NCBI GenBank assembly: GCA_014905635.1
Contig: JABVCE010000025.1
Location: 1-64,000 of the forward strand
Source: Scenedesmus sp. PABB004
Taxonomy: Eukaryota
DNA length: 64,000 nucleotides
Reading direction: 5' to 3'
Below, in pieces: positions 23,767 to 36,418 of this stretch. The notes under the pieces were generated by a model. That model saw only the letters and a list, made by a program, of their open reading frames with translations. It was not told the origin of the DNA and searched no databases. A program made the translations under genes and the position numbers. Positions within the stretch are counted from its first letter, which is position 1. Each line of letters starts with the position of its first letter.

Positions 23767-25645
23767 TCAGTCGCCAGACCCCGCCGCGACCGCGGCGTCC
23801 TCCTTGGCCTGGCGGCTCGGCCGGCGCCCCAGGTACCACTCCACAAAGCTGCGGGGCGGCGGGCGGCGGCGGACAGCGGCGGCGGCACGGCGGCTGCTCA
23901 GCCGCAGCGCCGGCAAGGGGTCAAGCAGGCGGCGGGCGCGGCGGCCGGCACGCGGCGCGGCGCAGCGGCACGGCGCGGCGCGCCACTTGCTCGCTGAAGC
24001 TGATGTAGCCGGTCGCCCCCGAGTCGAGCAGCCGCACCGCCTCCTTGGCCTCGACCTCGCTGATGTCGGTGCCGAGCTGCGAGCAGAGCGTGCGCAGCTC
24101 GCTCTGCTCCAGCCGGCCGTCCTCGTTGGCATCAAACCGCGAGAACACGCCCGCGATGTCGGCCGCCTGCGGGGCGCGCGGGGCGCTCGTCGTTTGGCCG
24201 CCGCTGCGCGCGTCCGCGCTGCCTGCGCACCCGCGCTCTCCGCGCGCGCGCCCGTGTGCCCAGCGCGCCTGCGCCTCGCTGAGGCCAAATGCTTCCGGCT
24301 GGAAGCCGTAGACCTCCTCGGCGCGCTGGAGCGTGAGGTACGCACTCAGGTTGGCCAGGCTGCTCGTCGCGCCCGCGGGCGCGATGTCCTGCCGCCGGGC
24401 GCGGCGCGCGGGCGGGGAGGGATGGAGGGAGCAGGAGGGGGAGGAGGGGAGAGCGGGCGGTGAGGGCGCGCACGCGCGTGCGTCGGGCTGCGCGCGGCGG
24501 CGGCCGGCGTGTTGCCCGCGCGCCCGGCGCGGCGCGGCGCGGCGCGGCGCGGCGCGGTGCGGCGCGGGCCCCTGGTGCGCGCCTTGAGCTGGCTGCCGAT
24601 CGTCTCGAGCGTCTGGATGACCTTGAGGGTGTTGGCCACCAGGGTCGCGCTGTCGACGACCGACAGGCCGCTCCCCGGGCCCGCGAGCTGCCGCACCGCC
24701 TCGAGCAGCACCGATGCGTCCGTGCTGTAGCGCCGCGCCGCGCCGGTGAGCGTCGCGAGCGCCGTGACCTGGAAGACCGCCTGCGGCGGCGGCGCGCGGC
24801 GCGGCGCTCGGCGTGGTTTGTGCGCCGAGGCGCTGTGTGCGCGCGCCCGCCAGGCGCACGCAGGGCGGGGCGGCCGCCGACCTGGAGCGCGTAGTAGCAC
24901 CCGAAAAAGTAGCCAAGCAGGCTCACGAAGAAGGAGCCCGGGAAGTCGGCCTGGCCGCGGCGGCACGGGCCCGGGGCGCTGCGTGTGCATCCCAGCGCCC
25001 GGCCGCCGGGCGCGCGGCGGGGGCTGCACTGCAGTCGCGGCGGCCAGCACAGCAGCAGAGGGCCGCGCGGCGGCGGCGGCTGCGCCCGCGGCTGCGCCCG
25101 CGGCGCCCGCGCGCACCTTGCCGGCGATGTTGCCGATGTAGAAGCCGCCGCCGCAGGCGACAAAGTCGAGCACGCTCTGCACCGCGAGCGCCGTGAGCGG
25201 CGCGAGGCTGCGCTGCATCAGCAGGCGGCGCAGCGCCTCCGGCTCCTGCGCGCCAAGCTCCGCCCACACGCGCAGCGTCTCCTTGGCCTTGGCCGGCGTC
25301 ATGCCGCTCGCGGCGAGCTGCTCCACCATGGCCGTGTAGCGCGACTCGCGCGCCGCCTGCGCGGCGCGGCGCGGCAGCAGCGTGAGCGCCGCGGCGCGGC
25401 GCCCGCGGCGCGCGTCCGCTCGCTGGCGCTACGAGCGGCGGCGGCGGCGCCGGCGCCCAGGCACGCGCCTTCTGCTTCTCAGCGGCACTGCCTTTGTCGT
25501 CGCCGTCCTTGCGCGCGCGGGCGACCAGCGCCGAGCACCGCAGCAGCGGGCGCGGCGGCAGGCACGGCGGCGGCGCCGCCGCGGCCCCGCGCCTGGGCGC
25601 GTTGAGCGCGGCAGCCCGCTGGCAGCGCATCCCGAGCGTGTGCAT
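23767..25645 (-). CDS. EF-hand calcium-binding protein with TM segments, probable plastid targeting
   Basis: Two EF loops (FDANEDGRLEQSE; LDSGATGYISFS), a transit-peptide-like N-terminus and hydrophobic central helices. About 6 introns. Confidence 0.75.
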
Positions 25646-25691
25646 CACAAGCGGCGCGATTGGGCCCGCGCTCGACAGCAGCGGCCGAGAT

Positions 25692-26343
25692 GGTTGCGGA
25701 TCGAGGGCGCACTGCGCTCCGCGCAGCTTCACAGAGTTGAGCGTGTGACGGACGAGCCGAGAGTGGCAGCGCGCAGCTGGCGGAGGTCGTTCGGTGGCGG
25801 CGGGCGCCGAAAGGACAGCTCGCCGCACCGCCCCGCCGCCGGCACAGCTGCCCCGGCGTCCCGCGGGCAGCTCGTCCCGGGCATGAGCAGCACGGCCGAG
25901 CGCCCGCCGCCAGGCTGGTCGCGCCGCGCGGTTGACCGCCCGCGCGCGGCGCCCCCGCCGCGCGGTCGCGCTCCCGCGCCGCCCCAGGGTGCCCAGAGGC
26001 GTCGAGGCTCGCCCCTGGAGCGCACGCAGCCCCGCAGCGCCGCAGCCACGGGGCGAGGCATGGGTCGCCGCGGCGGCGGGTCGGGGCTGGTCGCCGCGGC
26101 GGCGGGCGCCGCTCGCGGCCTCGCGGCGTGGCCGGGCGGCGCGGCGGGCTGCCGGGAGCGCGGCGGTTGCGCGGCCGGGGGCCGGAGCACGCGCGTGCGA
26201 GGATCCCGCAAGATTTTTGCCGACTCGGAGCGTGGGGCCACGGCGCCGAGCTCAAGGGCGCCGCGCCCAGTCGCTGGCACCCCAAGCACACGCCCGCGCG
26301 CCGCCGCCGCGCCGCGGGGCACGGCGCCACGCGCACCCGCGCG
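25692..26343 (-). repeat. Dispersed ~650-bp repeat, copy 2 (inverted relative to copy 1)
   Basis: Reverse complement matches 2678-3277 with substitutions and an extra ~40 bp near 26056-26095. Confidence 0.9.
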
Positions 26344-26363
26344 GCCACCGCTTGCACGCACAG

Positions 26364-26368
26364 TTACA
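26364..26368 (-). promoter_or_regulatory. Putative TGTAA poly(A) signal of the BTB-Kelch gene
   Basis: ttaca on + strand, at the end of a lower-GC, 3'UTR-like stretch. Confidence 0.5.
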
Positions 26369-26909
26369 GTGGCCGGGCCCTGGCACAGGTCCTGCTATAC
26401 AAATACAAACAAGCACAGTTCGCACACACGGTCGGGGGACTGGTGATGGCGCATCACCATATCAGTAGCCCCCCGGCCTGGCCCTGCACGGGGGCGCCTT
26501 GCGCACAGCTAATGGTACACATGCCAGCAGCAGCGTTCACGACTGGCTGGTCGTCGAGATGCTTGTAGACACGCTGCCGGCGCGGCGCCGCCGGGGCGCT
26601 CACGCTTTTCTCACCACATCACTCCCATGTCGGGGCCGGCCGCCCCTCTGCCCTGCCTGCCTGCCCTGCTGCCGCACAGCGGCCCGCGCGGGGCGCACGC
26701 CCGTGCGACGGCCGCTGCCGCGCGACGCGACGCTCTGCCCGAGCCTCACGCGACATGCGGTGCGCACATCTGTGCATGTGCGCCCGTTGCTATCGTACAG
26801 CCGTGCGGCGCGCGGGCGCATCAATCGCGCCCGCCCGCCGCACCGCCGCCGCCAAAACTGTGCGCCGCCGCCGCCTGTCGTGGGCGGCCGGCGCGCGCGC
26901 TCTGCCCGC

Positions 26910-27710
26910 TCAGAGAACGCTCGGCACGCGCACCACGACCGGGCTGGCGTGGCAGATAGGGAAGGGCAGCGGGGCGAGCGGGGTCCACGCGTCGGCGGCG
27001 AGGTCGTACGCCGCGACGCGCGCCGTCGCCGACTCGCCGTCCTGCCAGGAGTGGCGGCCGCCGATGGCGTGCACGCGGCCCTCGTAGCGCACCAGCCCGA
27101 CGTTTGCCTGGCAGTCGCCGTCGCCGTCGCTGCGCGGGCGGGCGGGCGCGGGTGGGCGCTCTCGGGCCGCGGCGCGCCACCGCAGCCCGCGCGGGGCGCG
27201 CGCGCGCACCTGCCGCAGTGGTCGCCCGCGAGCGGCGCGCCCGCGCGCCAGCGCCACGTGCGCAGGTCGAGCACGTCGGTGCGCGCCGTGGCGGCGGCGC
27301 CGCCGCCGTCGGCCGACACCACCACGATCTCGTGGCTGCTGCCCGCCGCGGCCGCGACGCTCGCGCCGCCCGCGCCGCCGCCCGCCGGGCCGGGCCAGCG
27401 GCAGCCGCCTGGGCGCAGCTCCCAGCGCCCGGCGCCGGGGTCGAACAGCGCGACGTCGTCGTTGGCGCGCGCGCCGCGGCGGCCGCCGCTGGACGTGGCG
27501 GTGATTACGCCACCGAGCGCGATCAGCACGCCCTCCTCCGCGTTGGCCACGAGCGCGTGGCCCGCGAGCGCAGCCATCGGCCCGGCCACGGGCGAGCGCG
27601 CCGTGAACCAGGCGTCGAGGCTGGGGTCGTACACCTCGAGCGGGCAGCACGGTGAGCCGCCGGGGCAGCCGCTGCCGCCAAACAGGTACAGCTTGCCCTG
27701 TGATCGCCGG

Positions 27711-27743
<33 letters not shown>

Positions 27744-28677
27744 CGCGGCGGCGGCAGCCGGGCGCCGGTGCGCGCCGGGCGCCGTCGGTTCAGGGGGCTC
27801 ACCTGCGCCGCCGCCATGGCGCTGTCGCAGAGGCCCAGGCGCTTGTGCAGCGGCGGCATGGCCATGCGCCCCGCGGCCAGGCTCGCGCGCAGCAGCACGG
27901 CCGAGTCGGGGTAGCGCTTTGTCGCGTGCGTCTTGTTGGGGACGACGCACACGATGTCCTCGCCTGCACCGCAGCGGGCGGCAGCGGGCGCTCGACGGTG
28001 AGCGACCACGAGGAGGAGCGGAGCTGCGCGGGCTGCGCGGCGGCGGCGCTGCGGGGGGGGGGGGGGGGGCGGCGCGGCGCGGCGCGGCCCGCGGCCGCCG
28101 CGCGCGCACCCGCGCCCGTCGCCTCGGCGCGCAGCGTCGCCGCGAGCCAGCAGCCGCCGCCCGAGTGCGGGTGCGCGACGCCGCGCAGCTCGGCGGGCCG
28201 CGCGTCGGCGCGGCCGGTCAGGTTGGCCCAGCCCCGCGCTGCACCACTGTACATCAGCAGCCCGGCCTCGCTCGGCTCGGCGTGGGGGTCGAGCGCGGCG
28301 TTGAGCCCGATGTGCCAGTAGCCAGGGACGAGCACGACCTCGCGCGGCGCGAGCGCCGCCGCCGACGGCAGGCTCGGGGCGGTGAGTCCGAGGAAGTCGA
28401 CCTGCTGCTGCACCGCGCGCAGCAGGCGCGGGCAGGGCGGCAGAACGTACGCCGCGCCCAGGCGCAGCACCGCCGCCAGCTCCCGCGCGACCTCGCCGGC
28501 GCAGTCCAGCCGCACCGTCGGCGGCTGCGCGCCGCCGTCGGGCGCGCGCTGCTGCGCGCGCGCGAGCTCCACCAGCGTCGCGAGCGCGCAGCTCTGCGGC
28601 TGGCTGGCCAGGCACGCGGTGGAGAGCGTCGCCACGAACTCGTCGGCGGCGAGCCGGAACCAGCCCTGCTCCTCCAT
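26910..28677 (-). CDS. BTB/POZ + Kelch-repeat protein
   Basis: N-terminal KCTD-like BTB (VRLDC...LAAVLRLG...VQQQVDFLGL). Kelch repeats GKLYLFGG, EVYDPSLDAW, LIALGG, LFDPGAGRW, VHAIGG and YDLAADAW. Confidence 0.8.
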
Positions 28678-29113
28678 CGGCGTGGCGGGACCAGCAGGGC
28701 GCGATGCCGGGGCCGCCCTAGCCCCGCGTGGCGGGGCCGCTCATTCCTCGCGCCGCCCCGGAGAGCGATTTGGCGCTCCCGGGCGCCGCGTGAGCGGCAG
28801 GCCACGCGCGTGTGAGGCCCGGCGCGCGCTGCCGAGCTGGCGCGGGGAGTGCGACAGCTCGAGGGGCCGAACGGCGCGGCGGGGCAGAAGGGGCGCGGGC
28901 CAGGTCGTGGAGAGCACTGGGGGCATCGCCGGCGAAGCGGCGGGACGACGCCCTGCGCGGCGTCGGCAGCGGGGTTCGGCCGGTGCGCCCCGGCGCAGCG
29001 CCCCACGCCGCCGCGGCCGCGCCGGCTCTCCCTGAGCCGCTGCACCGCCTTCATCACACAGCTGCGGCCTCGGGATCAGCGCCCCGACCAACACGGGGAC
29101 CACCAGCACGACC

Positions 29114-30171
29114 ATGGCGCGCGCCGCACCCGCGCTCGCGCTCCTGCTGCTCGCCCTCGTCGCGGCGGCGGCGGCGGTGGACGCGAAGAAGAATAAGGAG
29201 GTTGACGTGACGGAGCTGGACATCGAAGTGGTGGTGAGACCGCGGGCAGGGGCGGGGGTCGTCCACGGCGGCGGCGGCAGCATTGGTGATGGCGCTGCTG
29301 CCAGCAGCGCCGGCGCGCCCGCCGCACAGCCCTCCGCGGGGGCGTCGCCCTCGGCGCCCTCCTCGCCGTCATCTTCATGATGGCAGCCGCGGCGGCCCCT
29401 CCCCCTCCCGCCGCAGCGGGCAGCGCTCAACCGCCGCTGCTGCCGCCGCGCGCAGCACAAGCCCAAGAAGTGCGGCGCCAAGGCCAAGAAGGGCGACAAG
29501 GTCGATGTCCACTACACGGTGCGCGGGGCGGGCACGACCGCCGCCGCCTGGGGCCGCCGGCGCCCGGTCGCTGCCGCCGCTCACTGCCCGCCGCCCGTGC
29601 CCCCCCGCCGGCGCCGCGCGCAGGGCACGCTCGTCGACGGCAAGAAGTTTGACTCGAGCCGCGACCGCGGCTCGCCGTTCCAGTTCGAGCTCGGCGCGGG
29701 CATGGTCATCCAGGGCTGGGACCAGGGCGTCGCGGGGATGTGGTGCGGCGCCCGCGCGGCCGGCGGCCGCGTCGCTCCGCCCCCGCGCGGCGCGCAGCTG
29801 CGCGGCTCACCGCCCCGCCCGCCGCGCGCCGCTGCAGCGTCGGCGAGAAGCGCATCCTGCGCATCCCGCCGCACCTCGGCTACGGCGACCGCGGCGCGGG
29901 CGCGACCATCCCGGGTGCGGCGGCGGCGGCCGCGCCGGCCAACGCGGCGGCCCTCGCGCCGGCCCATCTCACGCCCGCCCGCCCGCGCCCCGCAGGCGGC
30001 GCGACGCTGATCTTTGACGTCGAGCTCATGGACATCGACTCGGGTGCGCGCCGCCGCGGCGGCGGCCCGGCGGCCCGCGGCGCGCGACGGGGTTCCGGAG
30101 GCCGAGCGCTGCCCGCGCGCGCAGGTGACGACGAGTACGCCGACCCCGACGAGGAGGACGAGGAGCTCTGA
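29114..30171 (+). CDS. FKBP15: ER-type FKBP peptidyl-prolyl isomerase (FKBP15/FKBP2-like)
   Basis: Signal peptide, [58 protein letters not shown] and C-terminal DEEL. Confidence 0.92.
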
Positions 30172-30448
30172 GCAGCTCCGAGCGCGGCGGCAGCGGTGGC
30201 GCCTCTCGCGTTCGCAGGGGAGCCGCGCGTGACCGGGCGGCGGGGGCGGACCCGGGCGCGGAGGCTCGTGCGGTGACAATCGGCCCCCGCGACGCCCCCG
30301 CTCGCTCGCGCGCCGCCAGACGGCGCCAGCGCACGGCGCGGCGCTGCATCACGCAGCCACACTAGTGTACAGGCGGGGCCGCGCACGCGCACGCACGCGC
30401 GGCGCGCCCCAGACCCCGCCCGCCCCCCGACGACCGGCCGCGCCGCGC

Positions 30449-32226
30449 TCACACGCCCGCCGCGGCCTTGGCCTTGGCGTCGGCGATCGCCTGCGTGAGC
30501 TCGGGCAGGATGGCGAACAGGTCCCCCACGAGCCCGTAGTCCGCCACCTGCGGGCCGGGGCGCGGGCGGCGGCTCGCGGCGCGGCGCGCGGCCCCGCTGC
30601 GGGGCCGCGCGGGGGCGCGGGCAAGGCTCGAGCGAGGGGCCGTGTGCCGCGCGCCTTGAAGATGGGCGCCTCGGGGTCGCTGTTGATGGCGACGATGACG
30701 CCGCTGTCCTTCATGCCCGCGACGTGCTGGATCGCGCCGCTGATGCCCACCGCGATGTACAGCGCCGGCGCGACGACCTTGCCGGTCTGGCCCACCTGCG
30801 CGCGCCCGGGCGCGCGCGGCAGCGTGACGCCGGCGGTGGCGGCTTCGCGACGGCGGCGGCGGCGTGACGTCGCGGCGCGGCGCGCGCTCGCTGCGGCGGC
30901 GGCGGCGCGCCTGCAGGTCGTTTGAGACGAAGCCGGCGTCGACCGCGGCGCGCGACGCGCCCACCGCGCCGCCGAGCAGGTCGGCCAGCGCCTCGAGCTG
31001 CTTGAACCCCTCAGCGCTCTTCAGCGCGCGCCCGCCTGGCGCGGCGCGGCGGGGCGGGGGGGGGGGGCTGTGTCGCCGCGGCAGGCGGTGTAGGGGCGCG
31101 CGCGCGGCGCTGGGACGGCGCCGCGGGCGGCCCCCGCCGCGCACCCGACACCACGACGCGCGCCGAGCCCAGCTCCGGGCGCTCCGCCTTGGCCTCGTCG
31201 CAGCCTGGCGCGGCAGCGCGGCAGCGCGTCGGCACGCTGTGGGTGCTGTGGCCACGCGCACGGCCGCGCCTCCGCGCGCGCTGCGGCGCGCACCCAGCCA
31301 CTCGGTCTGTGGCAGCGCGGGGTCGGCCGCCGCGGCGAGCACGTCAGCGGGCACCGGCTCGATGGGCGCGGGCGCGCCCGCCCGCGTGCCCTCGGCGCGG
31401 GGAAAGGCGGTCGGCCGGACCTGCGGGGCGCGGAGCGGCGGGTGCGGCGGCGTGTGTCGCCGCCGGCGAGCGCGCGCGCCGCCGCGCGGCCCCGGCGCCG
31501 CGCACCGTGGCCATGACGAGCGGCGCGTCGGGGGCCAGCGCCACGGTGGCCAGGCCGTTGCCGGCGTAAATTGGGCGCACAAACGTGCGCCCGCCCTGCA
31601 GGACAGACGCGCGCCAGGCACAGCTCGGCGGCCAGGGCCGGGCCAGCACGCGCCGGCGGCCCGAGCGGGCCCCGGCGCGCGCGCACCTCTGCGCCGGCGC
31701 CGCCCCCCGCCAGCGACACGACGTCGGCGACCGCCTGCACGCCCAGCAGCGCGGCCGCGCGCGGCAGCACGTTTTTGCCAAAGCTGCTGCTCGGCGCGAG
31801 CACTGCGGCCGGCGCGTCGGCGCGCACGAGCGCCGCCAGCAGCGCCGCGAGCGGCTCCGCGAGCTGGTGCGCCAGCGCCGGCGCGTCGGCGAGCAGCACG
31901 CGCGACACGCCCGGCAGCGCCGCGGCCTGCTCCGCGACGGGCCGCACGTCCGCGCCGGCGACGAGCGCCGCGACCTCCGCGCCGGCGCCGGCCAGCGCCG
32001 CGCCCGCCGCGAGCGCGTTGAGCGTCGGCGCCGCCAGCAGGCCGCCGCGGTGCTCCGCCAGGACCAGCGTGCACGCCTGCGGCGCCCGCGGAGGCGAGGG
32101 CAGCGCTGAGCTGTCGGAGAGCGCGCGCTCAGAGAGGCGCGCCGCCGCGCCGCGCACCTGGCGGGCGGCGCCGGCGGCGGCCCGCAGGCCGCGGGGCAGC
32201 GCCGCCGCCGCCGCGGCGCGCAGCAT
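30449..32226 (-). CDS. ETFA: Electron transfer flavoprotein alpha subunit, mitochondrial
   Basis: [54 protein letters not shown] and [10 protein letters not shown]. Confidence 0.95.
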
Positions 32227-32701
32227 CGCTCGCGCACGGCAGCGGCGGTCGGTTGCGTCGCGCGCGCCGGCTGCTGCTGCTGGCGGGCGCGAGCCTGTTG
32301 TGCCCGTGCTGTCGGGGGTGCCGTCTGAGGGGCGTGCGGGCGGGCACAGCGCGATCGGGGCTTGCTGAGGGGGCCTGGGGAGCCCCGCTGGCGCGCCTTG
32401 AGCCCTGCAGCTCAAGGCCAGCAGCTCGCCCGCTCACACCCAGAACGCGCGCCCTCGCGGCCAAACGCTCACACGACCCCGGAAAGCGCGCCCGGGCGCG
32501 CACTCGGAGCGCTCGACCACCTTCGCTGCTGCCGGTGCACCACGCGAGCCGCCCGTCCGCGCACGCGCGCGCCGCCCCACCCCCGGGACCGCACCGATCC
32601 CTGCCTCGCGACCGGCGCCCCGCAGCAGCCCCCCCCCCCCCCCCCCCCCGCCGCGCGGGCGGCGGGCGCGCAGCGCCGCTCAGCGGCGACCGCGCCGTGC
32701 C

Positions 32702-35700
32702 ATGGCGGCGCCGCTCATCTACAGCGCCTGGCTGCCCCCCGCCATCGCGGTGGAGGCGCAGGCCAAGGAGCCCGCCAAGTTTGGCGCCGCGGCCGCGGCG
32801 TTCCGCGCCGCGGCGGCGGCGGCAGCAGCGGAGGCGGCCCGCGGCAACCCGAACGCGTACGCCGCGCTGCTGGGGCAGCTGCTGGACGACCTCAAGACGT
32901 GAGCACGACAGTGGGGGCGGCGCGGGCATGCATGCGCCGCGGCGCCGCGGCACCACGCCGTGCGGCACCACGCCGTGCCATGCGGCATGACGTGAGGCGC
33001 CCGCCACCCGCGCCGCAGCCTGGTGTCCACCAAGACGCCGTTTGCGGCGTCCGACATCACCAGCCTCGCGCGCTGCCTGTACGACGTCGTGCTGGCCACG
33101 GCCGACGACGTGGAGGTGCAGGTCCGCGTGTGCGAGCTGCTCAACCACGTGCTGCGCCACCACCGCCACGCGCAGCACCTCGGCCTGGCGCTGCCCTGGC
33201 GGCCGCTCTTTGAGATGCTGCAGCGCCTCTACGACAGCCCGCCGCCCCAGCTCAAGGGTGCGCGCGCGGCACGGAGCGCGCGGGCGGCGCGGCGGGCGCG
33301 CCCGCTCCAGCGGGCAGCGCGCCCGCGGCGCAGCCCCGCGCCCGCCCCGCGACGCGCCGCTGCCGCCCCCGCGCCGTCGCCGCTGCGCGCGTGCGCCGCC
33401 GCGGCAGGCACGTTCCTGGAGCACGTGCAGCAGTCGACGCTCTTCACCGCGGTCGCGCGCGCGCGGCGCTTCTTCGCCCCGGGCGCGGCGGCCGAGGTCT
33501 GGGGCCTGCTGCGCCCCGCGCTGGTGCACGGCGACCCCATGGCCGCGAGCACGCACCTGGTGCGCCCGCGCGCGGCGTCCGCGCGCGCCCGGGCAGCGGG
33601 CGGCGGCGCCAGCCGCGAGCCCACGCGCCGCCGCTCGCCCGCCCGCGCGCTCGCCCACGCCGCGCCGCCGCCGGCGTCCGCCCCGCGCGCTCGCCAGGCG
33701 CTGGGCTGGCTGGTGCTGTTCTTCCCGACCAAGCAGCTGCCGGGCGTGGAGCCCGCGACCGCGCGCGGCTGGGCCGCCGAGTGGCTGGGCGTGTGGGGGC
33801 GGCTCGTCAACTGCTCCTACTGGGACACACACTGGATGTACCTGGTCGCGCGCGCCGCCAAGGACGACTGGCGCGGTGCGCGGCGCCCCGGGGGCGCCCG
33901 CGCGCCGCGACGCGCCGCGCCGCCCTGCGCGCCGCACCCGAGCCCGGAACAGGCAGGCAGCGAGCGGCGCGCCGCCGCGCCGACGCCGACGCCGACGCCG
34001 CGCGCCGCGCCTGCCGCCGCGCAGGCGTCGTCGACTGGGCGCCGCACGTGCCCGCGCTCTTCACCCACGTCCTCGCCGCGTTCAAGGTGCCCGTCGGCAC
34101 CGCGACCGCGGGCTGCCCCTCCACCATCGGCGCGCCGCACCGCGCGGCGCAGCTCTTCGGCACCAAGCTCGACCAGGCGCGCGCGCCGCCGCGCCGCTCC
34201 GCCGCGCCGTGCCGCGCCCTGGCCAGCCCGCGAGGCGCCCCTCCTCAGCGCTGCCTGGGGCGGCGCGCGCCCGGCCGCGCGGGCTCACCGCCGTGCTCTC
34301 ACCGCCGGGCTCGCTGCTGGCGCCGCCGGCAGGTTGACGACCAGGCCAAGAGCGCGGCGAAGCTGGTGGTGCACCTGCTCAAGCAGCCGCACCCGCGGGC
34401 GGCGGCGCCGCAGCCGGGCGCCGCCGTGGCGGCGCCGAGCGCGGCGCCCGCGGCCGCCGGCGGCGCTGAGGGCCTGGCCCGCGCGCTCTCGCTCGGCCTC
34501 GGCCCGCCCGGCGGCGGCGGCGGCGTGAGCGCGCACGGCGTGCTGCGCAGCGGCGGCGGCGCCGAACCCGGCCCGGCCGGCGCGGCCGCGGGGCTGGCGA
34601 TGTCGCCGGCCGTCGCCGCGGCGGCGGACGCGCTCGACGCGCTCGTGCAGCTGCTGGAGCAGTTTTGCCACCCCAGCAACACCGGGGCCTGGTCGGGCGA
34701 CCTCGCCGTGTTCCTGCGGCACGGCGTGCACTACTTCATGAAGCTCCTCGGCCGCCAGTGTGGCCTCGCCGGCTGGCCGGGCGAGGCGGTCGTGCCGGAC
34801 GCCGCGGCGCGGCGCTACGTGCGCGCGGCGGTCAAGCTCGCGGCGCGGGGGCAGTTCAGCAAGCGCGAGTGTGAGCTGCCAGCGGCGGCGCACGCGCGCG
34901 GCCGGCGCTGCGCGCTGCACCGCGGCGTGCCGCACCGCGGCGGCCGCCCGCCCTCACGTTCGCGCTGCGCGCCGCGCGCCCGCGCAGCCCTGGTGTCGGC
35001 GAGCTGCAAGGCGCTGTGCCACCTCTCGTACGTCTGGCCCGAGGGCGTGCTGCCGCTCGTGCTGGGCCGCTTCCAGGCGGCGCTCGCGACGACGACCGCG
35101 ATGCACCAGCTGCCGACCGCGATCACCAGCCTCGCGCTCTGCGTGCGCCCGCTGCTGCTCGCGGGCTGGCAAACGGCGGACGAGAGCACCGCGCAGGTGC
35201 GCGGCGGCGGCGGCTCGACGCGCCGCGCGTCAGGGCTTGTCGCGCTCGCCAGGGCGTGAAGGTCAAACGCCCGCCGCCGCGCGCAGCTCGTGGCCGAGGC
35301 GATGATGGCGGTGCTGCCCGGCATCGACGCCAACGACGAGGCCAAGACGGCGGGCGTGTTCCAGTTCTACACCGCCGTGCTCGGCAGCCTGCCCGCGCTG
35401 CGCGGCCTCGCAGAGGAGGACGACGACGGCGGCGGCCCCGCGGGCATGGACTTTGAGGGCGGCGGCGGCGGCGCCGGCGGCGGCCGCAGCGGCAGCGGCG
35501 CCAACGGCAACGGCGGCATTGCGTATCGCCTCCCCCTGTATCTTGATGACTGGTGAGACGCGCGCGCGCGGGGCCAGGCCAGCGCCGCACGCGACGCCGG
35601 CGCAGCCCGCCCGGCCGGCTCGACGAGCCCCCGCCGCCGCGCCGCGCGTGCCCGTGCTGCGCGCCAGGGTCGAGCAGGTGATGGAGCGCCTGTTCACGCT

Positions 35701-36387
35701 CCTGGGCAACCTCGACACGGGCCCGAGCCACCGCGGCACGGACCAGCAGGCCAAGCCCGAGCTGCTGCTGCAGTCCACGCACCTCGGCAAGGTGCGCGCA
35801 CGCACGCCGCGTGCGAACGCGCGCGCCGCGCCGCGCCGCGCCGCGCCGCCGCCGACTCTCAACCCGTCAACGGCCAAACCCTTCTCCTTTGCTGCCCCGC
35901 CTTCTTGTGTGCCTCTCTCTCTCTCTCGCAGGACACCATGTACCACAGCTTCCTGCAGCACCTGCTGCTCCGCCTGCCGCCGCGCCTCGCCGACCACGTT
36001 GTGGCCCTGCTCGGCCAGTTTGCCACGGGTGCGCGCCGCCGGCGGCCCGGGCCGCGCCCGCCGCAGCGGCCGCCGCGCGCGCGTCACGCGTCACGCGCCA
36101 CGCGGCCGTCTCACACGGCGGTGCCCGCCCGCCGCGCCCGCTGCGCCCGCGCCTGCGCCCGCCGCGCGCAGGCACAGCGCTGCCGACGGTCGCGCTCGAG
36201 GCGAGCAGCATGTACCGCAGCGCCAGCGCGGCGCGGCCCGCCGCGTCGGTGGAGTGCGTGGTCAAGCCGCTGCTCGCAAAGATCCGGGCCGAGCTGCCAG
36301 AGCCGGGTGCGCGCGGCGCGGCGCGGCGCCGCGCGGCGCGCGCCACGCGCCGCAGCTGCTGCTGCACGGCCCGTGGCCGACGCGCGA

Positions 36388-36418
<31 letters not shown>

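Noticed and set aside
28053..28069. Poly-G run suggesting a frameshift in the Kelch gene
   Set aside because: It falls inside a predicted intron (~27965-28109) whose removal restores the frame.
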